From NCBI GenBank assembly GCA_008632985.1, contig QPGO01000207.1:1-64000 (forward strand): a DNA stretch of 64,000 bases, written 5' to 3'. Positions within the stretch are counted from its first letter, which is position 1. Each line of letters opens with the position of its first letter. Below are positions 1 to 12,252 of this stretch, in pieces. Source of the stretch: Psammoneis japonica. Its lineage: Eukaryota. The notes under the pieces are model-generated. The model was not told the DNA's origin and made no database searches. It worked only from the letters and a program-made list of their open reading frames with translations. The position numbers and the translations under genes were made by a program.

Positions 1-297
1 CTACGGTACCTATGCATGCAATGTTTGTGCTCAGCTCTGGTTTTCCTATCGTAGATCGACGTGCGTGCTCTCGTCACAATCGATGATTCGTGACTGAAAT
101 GATCTGTTTTCCACGAGGGTCGTGACCGACGATGCAACTTGAAGCTGACGTCACGCATCTACATTGAGTACTGAGCATGAGAGCAACGTGGTGAAAATCT
201 GCTCATTTTTTGCTCGTGTTCCAAGCTGTCGCCACTGCGAAGAAGCGTTCTTGGCTTTGGCGAGGTTGGTTTCTAACTTCACTTCTTATTTTTTAAA

Positions 298-840
298 ATG
301 AAAGTCTCTGTAAAATATATTTTCTTGTTCGCCGTGGTTGGCGGCGAGTCCAATGGCTGGCTCCTTCGGGAACAAGACCAGTCGCGCAGGTCTGCGATTT
401 TCAAGACGTTGGCTGGTGCTGCCGGATTGTCGACCGCGTTCTCGTCTAAAGCAGCGCGTGCTGAATACGACGATGGGACCCGAGGTGGAGTGAAGGTCAC
501 ACCGTTCAATGGACTCATTTACAACTACCGTGGTGGTGAATACGGAGGACTTGATGCTTCAGAGCTGAACGAACCTTCCATTCCTTATAAGGAGTTTTTG
601 GAAAGAATGGACAAAGGAGAAGTATCTTTCGTTGAATTCCTCGCTCCAGATGGAGACGCGGCGTATGCAAGTTTTAAGCCTTCGGAGGACGGGAAAACTG
701 AAAGAATTAGGATTGGTGAGGGCTATCCGATCGAACAACACGATGGCTGGAGCAGTCCCGCATTTGTGGTCAAAAGTGTGAAAAAGATGGGCGTGCCTTA
801 CAAGTTTACTGTCCCTGGCCTGGCGGCGTACTCGAATTGA
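298..840 (+). CDS. Nuclear-encoded thylakoid-lumen protein with FtsH lumenal-domain-like region
   Basis: Intact 180-aa ORF. Signal peptide ending SNG|W, then twin-arginine segment RRSAIF...AARA. Mature part contains SIPYKEFLERMDKGEVSFVEF, resembling FtsH N-terminal/lumenal domains. Confidence 0.7.
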   Translation: MKVSVKYIFLFAVVGGESNGWLLREQDQSRRSAIFKTLAGAAGLSTAFSSKAARAEYDDGTRGGVKVTPFNGLIYNYRGGEYGGLDASELNEPSIPYKEFLERMDKGEVSFVEFLAPDGDAAYASFKPSEDGKTERIRIGEGYPIEQHDGWSSPAFVVKSVKKMGVPYKFTVPGLAAYSN

Positions 841-892
841 AATTTTGTAGCACATTATTCTTGTATTACAAGCATTTACGGAACCTTCCTCG

Positions 893-2569
893 TCATAGTC
901 CAGAGTCGTCAATCATTAGTGTTGAAAGCACTTTCAAGTCACTCATTATGTCACTCGATCTGAATGTGTGCGGTGCCCGAGAATCGCTTTGTGTTTCACT
1001 CGGTCCACGTATCAGCTCTTCTAGGCTAGTCATTTGGGACAAATCGTCTTCCTCGTCGTCCCTCATTTCGTCGGCCGTTGGACTTGGTACGACCTGACAA
1101 GGTAGATCAAGTCGGAGAATGCTGTATCCTTTGGTATCTGGCAATGTCACGGTAATTTCTACCTTACACCTGACATCAATTTTGAGTAGCTCTGTCTGGA
1201 CAGTGAATGGACAATCAAGCGGAAGACAGAGGCTTAACGTCGCTTTATCTGTGTATCCAGATTCGACAACCTCGTAAGTTCCGCCCAAGAAATACGATCT
1301 CGCTCTGTTTCTTGTCCCATCTTCGTTAACAACAAATTCTTCTCCTTCAAAGCAAGCGCTAACCTGGGCACACGGAAGAAACGACGAGTCGAGGCTATTG
1401 TCTTTGACCCCATCATCTCTGTGTCGAGGAAAATCAAACTGGAGAAGTATTCGACCACCTGGGTAGACAACGGAAGAGCCCATAGCGGTCAGGACACAGC
1501 ATAGTGTACCGTCTCCATCAGCTACTCGCATCGTTTGACAATCACGGGAGGCCGAGAGCAACCCAACGTGACGGTTCACAGTAATTTGGCCCGAAGGTTG
1601 ATTTAATTCCGTTGCTGAGACGTGACATGGTAGACCCATTGAATGCGCCATTGCAATGCATGTTCCCACTCGTAGTCTAACAGTTGGCGCCGGCGACGAC
1701 GTGTTTGCTTTGCCTCCAGCTAGCGGAGACATAACGATATATGGAGCCTGCACCACAAAGAGCTGCAAGTCAAGCGATGTGTCATTAGTCAGTATGAAAC
1801 ACAATAGACCAAAACTCAATGCGAAGGAAAGTATCTCACCTCTCCCTCTGAAGTTTTGGCACACACCACTGCTGAGTACATGTATCTACAGGAAGTTGCT
1901 GTTGTGGTTGGTGCAAGATCCAACGGTAGGTCAACTCGAAACGTAAAGGCAAGCTGTCGTTTGGCTAGTGGATCATCGTTTATGCTATTTGCACACCACT
2001 TTTCCTCGGATCCTTGTGTTCTTGCCTCTGACATGAGCTCATGTGGTGCCGACCCATTCTCCGCAAGGTGAGAAGCCCGAGAGCCAATATGAGAAGGTTT
2101 CTCCCAAGAGGATCCGCTCGTCCTCAGAGGTTGCGGCTTGACGTCTTCCCATCGCCCAGCCTGTCGTTCTTCTAGTTCTAAGAGATTTACTACATTTGTA
2201 GCCCAGAAACATACTGTGCTTCCATCCCTACCGGTCGATTCCTCGAGTGTCTGTGCAACGCGTTCCTCGACTCGCTTGTCCATTACAGAGTCTAACAGCG
2301 GGTGGGATCCGTACACTCTTTGTATCGTTTTGCATCGTGCCAACGTTTATCAACACGACATGACCTGCGACGTACACTTGAGCTGAGTTGTAAAATGATC
2401 GCGGGGAGGTAGTATTGCTACTCGCAACCAGACGAATTGTACCTACAACGGTACCTCCGAGACGATATGCAGGGCGTGAAAGTACAACTTCTACCTCGGG
2501 ACTTGAATTGGTATCGTTCAATTCTGCTCCATGTCTAGCAACATGTGGTTCCGATTGACCCCCGTTCAT
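893..2569 (-). CDS. RGP1: RGP1-like (Ric1-Rgp1 Rab6 GEF subunit); intron 1763-1839; two apparent 1-bp frameshifts near 2360 and 2320
   Basis: VEVVLSRPAYRLGGTVVG, reconstructable G-H-C-R-V-D-K-R-W, and AFTFRVDLPLDLAPTTTATSCRYMY motifs. GTGAG...CTAAT...CAG intron joins the ORFs. Confidence 0.6.
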
Positions 2570-3130
2570 TGTACTGCAAACGCATAATGGGCTCCATACA
2601 AAGTCGTCAAGCGGCGATCGCTGTCATCGTCAACTGCCGCCGGGCGCCGGGCATGCGAAATAAAAGAAAAATCGCTCGTCTCTCGCGGACTGGCGGACAG
2701 AACGTCCTTGCAGTCCTCACAACTGACAACGAATACAAACTCGCTCTCTCTCTCTCTACTCTAGCTACTAGCAGGACCTACTAGCTCATTCTCTACTAGA
2801 GAGAGGGTAGAGAGTCTCTACTCTACTCTAGTAACTCTACTGTAGCTACTAGCTAGAGTAGGTACCGGTAGGGCCTCTCTCTAGTTTTTTGATGTCGGTA
2901 GTGCTGGATGCCATCGTCTAGAGTCGTATCAATTTCTTCCTTCACTAACATGGACAAGAAAATCTAGAGTAGCGATAACTGCTGCTACTTCTATCCTGCA
3001 AAGGTTGCTGCAGCACGGCAAATTGCTAGCATTTCAAGCTCCTACTTTTTCTCCTTAGCGTACTCTAAGATGAAGATCACATGTTTGCGTTCCATGTGTC
3101 ATCTTGGCCTACCCTCTGAAATAGAGTACT

Positions 3131-5099
3131 TTACATCACACTAAACGCGTTCTCAAATTCTTGAACGTCGATGGTACCATTGCCATCTTTGTCAATTGCA
3201 CGGAAAAGCGCTTCAGGGTCGCCAAGCTTCATATCTTCGGGCAACCGCTTGTTCAAGAGTTCAATGCCCATTTTAAACTCACTAAGATCCAAAGTACCAT
3301 TGCCATCCACGTCCAAGAACTTGTACACAGTGACGAGCATCTCATGGTTAGCATGCAGGATTTCAAGGTTCACACTATCCACAGAGCAATCCTTGGTGTT
3401 GTCTGCGGGGGAAGAATACATCGAAAGGAAGTCCCGCCAGTTGATTCGGTCTGCCCCCGGTTTACATCCGCCAGGAGCCAAGGATGTACGCAAGACAGGC
3501 CACGGGGCATCTGGGAGTTCCAAAACCTCTGCCATGATGTGTTCCCACTGTGACGCTGTGACGTAATCTTTTTTCTTATCCTTTGCTGCTGCCCGAAAGC
3601 TCTGTTCCAACTTGTTTTTGTTCTTCGCAATAAGTGAGTGAAGAGCTTCGACAAAAGGGTCGTGATTCTCTTGTCCTTCGTGATGATGCGGCGCTTCACT
3701 TGAGAACTCCGTCGTTTCACAACCTCCATCCTTATCTAGTTGAACGATAGCACCCAGATTGGTACCTTTGCCGTTTGGGTAGGCCGCATGGGAAAACACC
3801 GTGATGACGGATCGTCCATCGCCACAGTCAAGGACACTGGTTCCATCCTCGACAACTTCATGAGCGCGAATAAGATACTTGAGATTATGCCGTTTCAAAA
3901 AATCGTTCGCAACATCAGGGCCAAACTGAACACCCACACTTCTGGTCGTGTTGTGGTGGATGCCCGTCTTAGTCGTTGGGTCACTCCACAAGATATTTCT
4001 CACCATTTCATCGACCTCGTCTTTTGTCTCGACGGTCGTTCTAATCTTGCATCTTCTGTCGCTATCAATGACCTCCAAATCACTTAGCTTGAAGTCCTTG
4101 GATGGGATCCCCCCGTGCAGAATGGCAGCAGTGTCTGATACGCACACACCGGGAGAGCAGAAAAGACGTGGCTAAACTTTTCCCAAATGATCACAGAGGC
4201 GTCTTTGCCATACTTCTTGAGGACTTCCTCCTGAAAACCGTAAGCAGCGGAGACAAGCACATCCTCATGGTTGCCCCTCAAAAGATACACATCATTGGGA
4301 TAAGCGAGTTTCAAAAGGAGTAGGATGCAAAGCACCTCGAGACTCTCAGCACCTCTGTCGACAAAATCTCCATCGAAGACTACTTTGTTTCCATGACGAC
4401 CTCCAATGCCTCCGATGTCGCCAAGCATCTCCAGAACATTAGAGAGTGAGTTGAGACTGCCATGCAAGTCCCCAACTACCGCAACTTTATTTGGTACTCC
4501 ACGCAGGTCAATAAGCGTTGGGTCTTTCTTTAGCATCGTTTCTGTGGCACTCAAAAGCTGTTGCAAGCTGTCACTTTCGAACCTTCCACCGTCGAGCAAC
4601 GCATCTATCAGCGTCTGAGCTTTCTGCGGAGTCAAATTTGAAAGCTTCACCTTCCTTAACGACATCAAACCGTCCGTAGCAACAGGAGGTTCTTTTCCGG
4701 CAAAAAGTGCTTTGCTAGAAGCATTTATCATCCATTTGACCGTGCTGCGTCGCTGAAGCCCCTGCCCTTGCTCTCTCGCAATCTCGTGTAGTTCGTGAAG
4801 TATCTGAGCCAGCCTTACTTTTTGTACCTCGTCTTTCATCTCCAAAGCAGCCATTACTTGGAAAGAAGTTGAATCGTCCGTTGTTATGCCTCCGACGCTG
4901 TCCACCTGACTTCCATAATACGCAAACAACGATGTTGCGACCAAGCTCGTTGCGAGCCCTGTCTTCAGCAACGTTGCATAATCGCTTGTACCTCCGGAGC
5001 CTGAAGCGGAACTAAGTTGCCTCGCTCGTATGGCTGCGATCTTTGTACCCGCGAAGACTCGACGAGCAAGAAAACTCTATGAAACACGGATTTCGACAT
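3131..5099 (-). CDS. PPP-family Ser/Thr phosphatase with C-terminal EF-hands (PPEF/rdgC-like); apparent 1-bp frameshifts near 5070 and 4142
   Basis: GDLHG, GDFVDRG, RGNHE, HGG, LWSDP, RAHE motifs. EF-hands DVDGNGTLDLSE and DKDGNGTIDVQE. Arg/Ser/Ala-rich N-terminus. Confidence 0.85.
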
Positions 5100-5595
5100 G
5101 TGAGAACAACTCGGTCACAATTTCGAAAGGACGACTTGGGCACGGTGACAAGGCAGCTTTTGAACTCACCATTCTTTTTCAATCACCTTCCAATGCTCGC
5201 GCGAGAATCAGAGTTTTCGATTTAGTCTTTGCTATAGAAATTATTGGAGCGACAAACGCTGCCTGAAATTGCAAGTGAGGCGATCAGGTCTATGGAACGC
5301 AACGCGGAATCCACATTGGCAGTGAATGAATGGAGTGGGCGGGAACAGCAGAAAAGAAGTGTGCGTGGCACGAGAAACAAGAGCGTCTCATGTTGAAGTT
5401 CATCAACGTGGTCATTCATGGTTCAATCCAAACCATCAGATCTGAGAAATTTTATATCATACTGTATGGTAGTACCGGTATGACGTATGCAAAAGGGGAC
5501 GTCCGCCCGCCCGCACGCCATCACGCGACAATGCGCGAAAATGGCTCGTATCCCCGCCCGCAGCTCACAGCAAACAGCGCTTTGACGCTTTGACA

Positions 5596-6124
5596 ATGAC
5601 GGTGAAAAACAGGTGAGATGAATTAAGATATCCTTTCAGCTTGCACAATGTTTGCTCTCGTTAATGTTGTGAGTGGTTCTCCAAATACCTCATACCCCCT
5701 TCCCGTCCGTGTTTTAGCGAGGATAAGGTGCAGCGCCTGGATAAGCGCTTGCCTCAAAAAGAAGAGCTCATGAAGGCTGAATTGATGGACCGTCTGCGTC
5801 ACTCTGGGGAAATAGATGAGTGAGTCTGAATTCGTGAACCGTCCATTTTCTTAACTATAATTTGTACCTTATGAGGTTCTCTTTTTTCCCGAATGTAGAC
5901 TGAAAAACCGTTTGGCAGCGAGACTAGTTCAATGTGGGTGGCGTGATGAAATGACAGACTTGGCGATAACTGTAGCGAGAGATCGAGGTATAATCGATGT
6001 TACTGTTGACGAAATGAGCGCTGAGCTTTTGGAGCAGGGACCATCTCTGGTACCGCAACACGTTCGCGATCAAACGTTAAAAGATCTGATAGCAATCATG
6101 ACGAAACGAGGGAAAACAAAATGA
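5596..6124 (+). CDS. ENY2: Transcription and mRNA export factor ENY2/Sus1; exons 5596-5612, 5718-5819, 5899-6124
   Basis: Spliced product ...RLRHSGEIDELKNRLAARLVQCGWRDEM...TVDEMSAELLEQGPSLVP. Canonical GTGAG/TAG introns keep the frame. Confidence 0.85.
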
Positions 6125-6183
6125 ATTGTTTGACATGTTATCGGGATTCTATGGTATGTATTGAATTGAAACTCAGTGTAATC

Positions 6184-8046
6184 CTAATCGGTTGGGTTCC
6201 GTACCTTCCGTGTCCAATTCACAACTCGGCCTTCTCGCTCATTTCCTGTCGGTCTCTTTTCCTCAATAAGTGGAGGTGTAATGGATCCAGAGCGATTGTC
6301 AAACGGGTGCTTCTTCTTCTTGGCGTTGTCAAAGCCCGGATTACTTTCCAGACGGAGCTTTCTCTTTCTAAGCCACGTGTCGAACTTTTCTTCCTTCATG
6401 GGAATCCCAATGGTGATTCCACTTGGATTACAGCCGGCTTCAAGCAACTGCTCCATTCGTGGCCGAATGCGTTTGTCGAGTGAATACCCCAACAGCGTTG
6501 GCAAAGTCAAAACTGCGTCTCGTAGCTCACTTAGATCGCCGTCAAACTTCTCCTTTAGATATTCAATTTTTGGATGCAGGTTGGAATCAATTCCACATAT
6601 AAGGAGGGTGGGCATGCCGGACAAAGTCCGTCGAAGCTCTTCGTCTGTCAAATCTAATGTATCACGCAAGAATTCGACCTTGCTCTTCAGATTGACGTCC
6701 GTATTGAGGCCGATGATTTGTGGTGCTTGGTAAAGGACTCTCTTGATTTGCTCTGGTTTCATTCCCAGTTCGTATCGTAGATATCCAACCACGTGTTTAA
6801 TCTTGTTGAGCGAGTGGGTCACCAGCCGTGGAAATTTAAGGAGAATATTGCGTACTTCAAGAGGACTGAACTCGACGAAGGAAACAAAGTATCGTGTGAT
6901 TGGAAGAATGTGGTTTTCGAGATTGTAGTCAATAATTTGAGGATATCTGACCAGCACCCGTTGAACGTGGTGCGGTTCCATGTGCAACGTCAAGATAAAA
7001 TAAAAAATGAGCTTGGGTCTCAAGTTCTCGTCCAAGCTGTAAAGCAGTATCCTTGGATTCTTTTGCACTATGATTCGAATCTTTTCCACAGGAATCTGCA
7101 TCTCTCTGAGAAGGAACTGGATACGTGGCATGAGGCCAGTAGAAACCCCCGCAGTAAGAAGCTTTGGTTCGTTCAGGACGAGCGTCCGCAACTCATCTGG
7201 CGTGAAAAGCAACAACTTTGTAAAGAAGTTCAGCTTATTCTTGAGGTTAGCCATGGAATAGGTGAGAACAGCTGGAAACTGCACAACAATTGTTCTCAAG
7301 TCCTCCTTGCTCATGTCCAGCGCACGCACAAAGAATAGAATCGTAGGAGCGATGTTCTTGTCGGCACTCAAATGAAGAATGGCGGGCAGCTTTTCAATTA
7401 TCGTGCGGATATCTTCATCCGTCAAGTCCATAGTCCTTCGCAGAAGCTCTACCTTATGTCTTAAGTTGGTTGCAGTCATTCCCAAAACAGATCCCGATTC
7501 AAAGGTAATCTTCCACATTGCAGTTTCCGACAACCCAATCTCGTTCTGGAGATAAAAATAAGCAATGTTGGAAGATTCGGTCAGCATTTCGATATTGTCC
7601 AGAGTGATGTTGTTTGCTGGTAGATCAGTGGGGTCATCTAGAGTCTCATTCATAGGTAGTAGCATCTTCATCACGTCTTGAGCAATTCGAGCCTCGTCCT
7701 CCTCTCCCCAGTAGCGTTCTTGTTCTTCCGGAGCATCGTCTTCTGTGTGCACGAACTTTGTCGATTCGCTTGGATGTAAACTATCACCATTCCCATCAAG
7801 AACTCTTGATAGTTGTGGCTGTCGACAACAACGTCTGAACTTGTGGTTCTTTTGAATCTGCGTTCTTGTTGCCACGACATCCCCGTTCATTGGAAGCACA
7901 AAAGCCGAGGCAGAGATGATTGGAGGGAAGGAACCAGCAGGCTCGAGCGATGGCCATATGCTACCGACAGGAGAAAAAAGAGGGCGCACAACCAACAGAG
8001 CCATCTTTATTTGTATTTTACTCCTTGCATTGTCGTTCTTTCTCAT
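6184..8046 (-). CDS. mTERF-family organellar protein
   Basis: 620-aa ORF with repeated mTERF motifs (PRILLYSLDENLRPK, PQIIDYNLENHILP, PTLLGYSLDKRIRPR). Exact start Met uncertain. Confidence 0.9.
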   Translation of the reverse strand: MRKNDNARSKIQIKMALLVVRPLFSPVGSIWPSLEPAGSFPPIISASAFVLPMNGDVVATRTQIQKNHKFRRCCRQPQLSRVLDGNGDSLHPSESTKFVHTEDDAPEEQERYWGEEDEARIAQDVMKMLLPMNETLDDPTDLPANNITLDNIEMLTESSNIAYFYLQNEIGLSETAMWKITFESGSVLGMTATNLRHKVELLRRTMDLTDEDIRTIIEKLPAILHLSADKNIAPTILFFVRALDMSKEDLRTIVVQFPAVLTYSMANLKNKLNFFTKLLLFTPDELRTLVLNEPKLLTAGVSTGLMPRIQFLLREMQIPVEKIRIIVQKNPRILLYSLDENLRPKLIFYFILTLHMEPHHVQRVLVRYPQIIDYNLENHILPITRYFVSFVEFSPLEVRNILLKFPRLVTHSLNKIKHVVGYLRYELGMKPEQIKRVLYQAPQIIGLNTDVNLKSKVEFLRDTLDLTDEELRRTLSGMPTLLICGIDSNLHPKIEYLKEKFDGDLSELRDAVLTLPTLLGYSLDKRIRPRMEQLLEAGCNPSGITIGIPMKEEKFDTWLRKRKLRLESNPGFDNAKKKKHPFDNRSGSITPPLIEEKRPTGNEREGRVVNWTRKVRNPTD

Positions 8047-10054
8047 GGTGCTGTCGTTTGGCTTCCTTGCAGACTACTCCCTCCAGGCAGCCTCAATAAG
8101 ACTCAAGACGACGACTCCTCACTCCTCGTCCTCGGGGCTCGCCGGGGGGCGGGCGGTGAATGGGACGGCTGTCTCTCGCTGTCCAAGTGGGCCGCTCCAC
8201 TTCCGAGACAAACCACCACCAACACTCAGGGTGAGATGCGCTCCCAGCTCCAGGAGACAAGACAACTCTTTGGGATTTGCAGAAGGACTTTAGAGTTCTG
8301 ATTGACAAGAGCCATCAACTCCCTTGCTTGGGTCAAAAATTTGAAAACTTCTGAAAAAAGAATCAGCGGAGGAGGAAAAACAGAGACATGAGCACTCGTC
8401 GCCACTTTTGAGGACGAACAAGAAGCACACACAAAGGGGGAGAGAACAAGCTGGAGTTTGACTTGCCCAGCTTTGCAACCCAAAACAGATCTGCTTCTTG
8501 GAGCAGTGCATGCAACACCCAGCTTTGAGTTTGGCCGCAGGAGCGCTGGCTGGCACAAGACATCAGAGGGGGAAACAAAATTTTGCCTGGGAGGGGGCAA
8601 TTGCCTTGAACAATGTTGGTTCATCTTTCATTTTGCACGCAGATCTTGGGTTCATCACATTTGGGGTTCCATTGCATTTGGTGGGGGGAGCCACACTGGC
8701 ATCCTTTGTTGAGACAATTTGGGTGCCCCACACTGACAATTCGGGTGCTTCGCTGAAAATGCAGGTCCCACTGCATGAACATTTCTGGTGCTGAGTTGCA
8801 TTTTTTGTGTGCCCTCCATCAACACATCCATGGTTTGTTCATTTCCTTTTCAATCCACCCAGTCTGCTGTTGATTCCACATTTTCATTTTTGTTCACCAA
8901 ACGTCAATTTAAATGGCTGCCTGTTGTTGTGTCTCCGGGAGCCACAAATCCATGGTTTTTGATCATGTCATCCTTGTCATTGTTGCCTGCTTGCAACTGT
9001 TTGCCATCATTTTCTTGGGACTTTTCTGTCCCATCCATGTGCTCCCAGAGCTCCTTTCACCAAACTTCATTGAACTTGTCAATGTCCTTGCTCAACCTCT
9101 GCTCAAGATCCGTTTCCCCAATTTTTGCACCTGTCTGGTCCTTTCTTGTTCCAACCCTGATTCCTTCTTTTTGCTTGATTGCCACTCCCATTGCTGCAAT
9201 TGGCCTCCAGAATGAGCCCCTCCTGTTTTGCCTCCTTCAACTCTTCCTTCGTTTTGCTGTGCACGCATGTCCACTTGCTCCAGTTGTTCTCCAAAACCAG
9301 CAGGCCGAATGCCTCATCACTCGCAGACACACAAACCTGTTCAAGCAACATCTTGATTTGAGCCAATGACAGTCTTTTCCCTGGGAGCAGCTGGAGTTGA
9401 CAGTTGGAGCTTCTGAGGTGGGTGTGCTGGAGAGCTTTTTTTGTTGTCTTCTTGTCAATGCCACCTGAACATTCTCTGACTGCAACAAAGTTGAGAGCAG
9501 CTGAGAGGATGCGCAGCTGCTGCAGATGTCTCCTGCACCATCTGGCACAGCCAAACAAGTTTTTTGATGTTGCTGCATTTGCCATGCTCAAGGAGCCAGT
9601 TTTCATCACTCATCAAGACAACTTTGAGAAGGGTTGTGGTGACACAAATCAAGAGATGGCAAGAAGAGAAGAAAACAGCAGTGACTCAGGCTTGCCTGGC
9701 TGCCTTGCTTGAGACAAATCACTTGTTGTCAGACAGCACAGTTGCTGAGTGCCCTTGTTCCTGTGGCAAACCACAATTTGTCAAGTCACCTGGCCAGGTT
9801 GCTCCACCATCTGAAAGCTGTGGTGGTCAAAGTCTCAAGCTGCTCACAATGTCATGACTCCAAAATCTGCAACTTTCAAGACCTGCAGTCAAAAATCAGA
9901 CCCTCCTTTGCCACCTCAAGTGCCCTTTTCTTGAAACCTCCACCTGGAACTTCTTGGACATGCACCCCACACTCTTCCTGGGCACACTTCCAACAACATG
10001 CTGTCAACAAGCAATGGCAAGCAAACAATCCAAGCTGCTGGGGCACAGCATTTG

Positions 10055-10486
10055 AGAGGTCTGAAGCTGTTCTGTCAACACCTCCCACTTGACAGTTGGA
10101 GTTGTGTGTCCTGCTCTTCTCAAGTGATCTTTTGACAAGAATGTCCTGTCAACAAATGATGGCTGGAGTGCAGGCAGTCTGGGTGCAGCATCTGACAGAG
10201 GTCTGAAGCTGTTCTGTCAATTCCTCCACTTGACAGTTGGAGTTGTGTGTCATGCTCTCTTCTCATGTGATCTTTGGACAAGAATGTCCTGTCATTGAAT
10301 GATGGCTGAAGTGCAAGCAGTCTGGGTGTGGCATCTGACAGAGGTCTTGAGCTGTTTTCTGTCAACACTTCCACTTGACAGTTGGAGTTGTGGTGTGTCC
10401 TGCTCTTCTCAAGTGATCTTTTGACAACAATGTCCTGTCAACAAATGATGGCTGGAGCACAAGCAATCTGGGTGTGGCATCTGACA
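10055..10486. repeat. Three tandem copies of a ~143-bp unit
   Basis: AGAGGTCT...GCTGTT...CCACTTGACAGTTGGAGTTGTG...CATCTGAC units start at 10055, 10197 and 10340. Confidence 0.9.
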
Positions 10487-10724
10487 CTTTTGAAACTGTG
10501 CCACCAGGCATGCTGGAAGGTGTGTGTGAAGAGTTTGGCAGCTTGCAAGCTTTCAAATTGCCAAGATGTGTGCAGCAAAGCTTCCTGCACAACATTTTGA
10601 CCTGCAAGGGCAAAGACCAGAGCTGAGGTTGTGTCCTCAGATCCAACCCTTGAACAAAATCCACCACAAGGGGCAGCTCCAGCTGCAGCAATTGCCACCT
10701 TGGAGCTTGTTTAATTGCAACAGC

Positions 10725-11425
10725 GCCCTGCAGCTTTTGTGCAAAACCTGCTCCCCACAGCTTTGCACACCCTGCAGCTGGCTTTGTGCACTCTGCAGCT
10801 TTTGTGCAAAAGAACCCGCACCCCATGGCTTTTTGCACTGTGCAGCTTTTGTGCAAAACCTGCACCCCACAGCTTTGTGTGCCCTGCATCTTTTGAGCAA
10901 AACCTGCAACCCTGCACCATGCAACCTTCCTGCAGCTTTTGTGCAAAACTGGTGCCCTGTAGCTTTGCAAACCCTGCAGCTTTCTTTGTAAAACCTGCAC
11001 ACTGCAGCTTTCTGCATCCTGCAGCTTTTGTGCAAAACCTGCACCCGGCAGCTTTGCACACCCCACTGCTTTCTTTGTGGGGCCTGTGCACCACAGCTTT
11101 CTGCACCCTGCAGCTTTTGTGCAAAACCTGTGCACCACAGCTTTCTGCACCCTGCACCCAGCTTGTGAGCAAAACCTGCACCTTGCAACTTTGTGCACCC
11201 CACAGCTTTTGTGCATGTGCAAGACCTGCTGTGACCCACAGCTTGCTGCACCCCCACAGAAGCTGCAGCTTTTGAGCCACACCTGTGCTGTGCAGCTTTC
11301 TGCACCCCATGGCATTTTTTGTGAAAGCTGCAGCTTTGCTCCCACACCCCAAAGCTTCTGTGCACAGCTTTCTTTGCAAAGCCTGCACCCCACAGCTTTC
11401 TGCACCACCCTCCAGCTTTTGTGAC
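10725..11425. repeat. Degenerate minisatellite (CTGCAGCTTTTGTGCAAAACCTGCACCCCACAGCTTT-like units)
   Basis: Many imperfect copies of GCAGCTTT / GCAAAACCTGCAC. Confidence 0.9.
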
Positions 11426-11724
11426 CAGCCCCTCTGATTTCCATCTTATTTTTTCCTCTGCCCTGGGCAGATTCCACAAGAAAATGCAGCAGTGCTGTCT
11501 TGGGGACAGAGCTGTGAGTTCGCTTTGGAGCCAAGTGGCTCAAGCCCCTCCCCAAGTTGCCAAGCAGCCCCCAAAGTTGACCATCCTTTTGCAGAGCAAA
11601 TTGCCAAAGACTTCATGTGGAAATGGGAGGAGCTGGTCATGACCTGAAGCTTCCTTGTTTGTGCAATGGCAAGAAGCAAGTGTGTCTGGCTTCATCTGGC
11701 AAGGATGAGTCCTCCACTGAACTC

Positions 11725-12252
11725 ATTTTTGGGAGTTTTCTTCTCTTCTTTGGTGCCTTTAGAAGTGGCCTGCCAAAGCTTCTGTCTTTGACCTCCTCTT
11801 CTGACACTTTTGCTGGCTTGATGTTGTCTGTTGACTCACAAACCTCTGATGTCATTGCAAAGAAGTGCACCTTGTTGGCTTGCCAAACTGTTTCTTTTGC
11901 AATGGCCTCTTGGAGACTGCAGCTCACATTTGATGGCCTGCCCTGGCACCCTGGCTGCTCCTCATCTGCTTGTGCTGGCTTCATCTGCTGACTGCAATGA
12001 GCTCCTGCATTCAACTTTTTTTGGAGTTTTTTTCTCCTTTGGTGCCCTCAGAAGTGCACAAGCTTCTGTCTTTGATGTCCTCTTCTGACACTTCTGCTGG
12101 CTTGATGTCGTCTGTGGACTCACAAACTTCAGATGTCCTTGTAAAATGAATCTTGCTCTCTTGCCAACAAGTTTCTTTTGCAATGCTCCCATGGAAACTG
12201 CAGGTCACATTTTGATGGCTTGCCCTGATGCCCTCATCATCTGCTTGCACTC
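11725..12252. repeat. Diverged direct duplication, period ~290 bp
   Basis: TTTGGTGCC...AAGCTTCTGTCTTTGA...TCTTCTGACAC...GACTCACAAAC...GTTTCTTTTGCAATG...CATCTGCTTG occurs twice. Confidence 0.8.

Noticed and set aside
10055..10486. CRISPR-like array
   Set aside because: Whole units repeat without unique spacers, there are no cas genes, and the context is eukaryotic.
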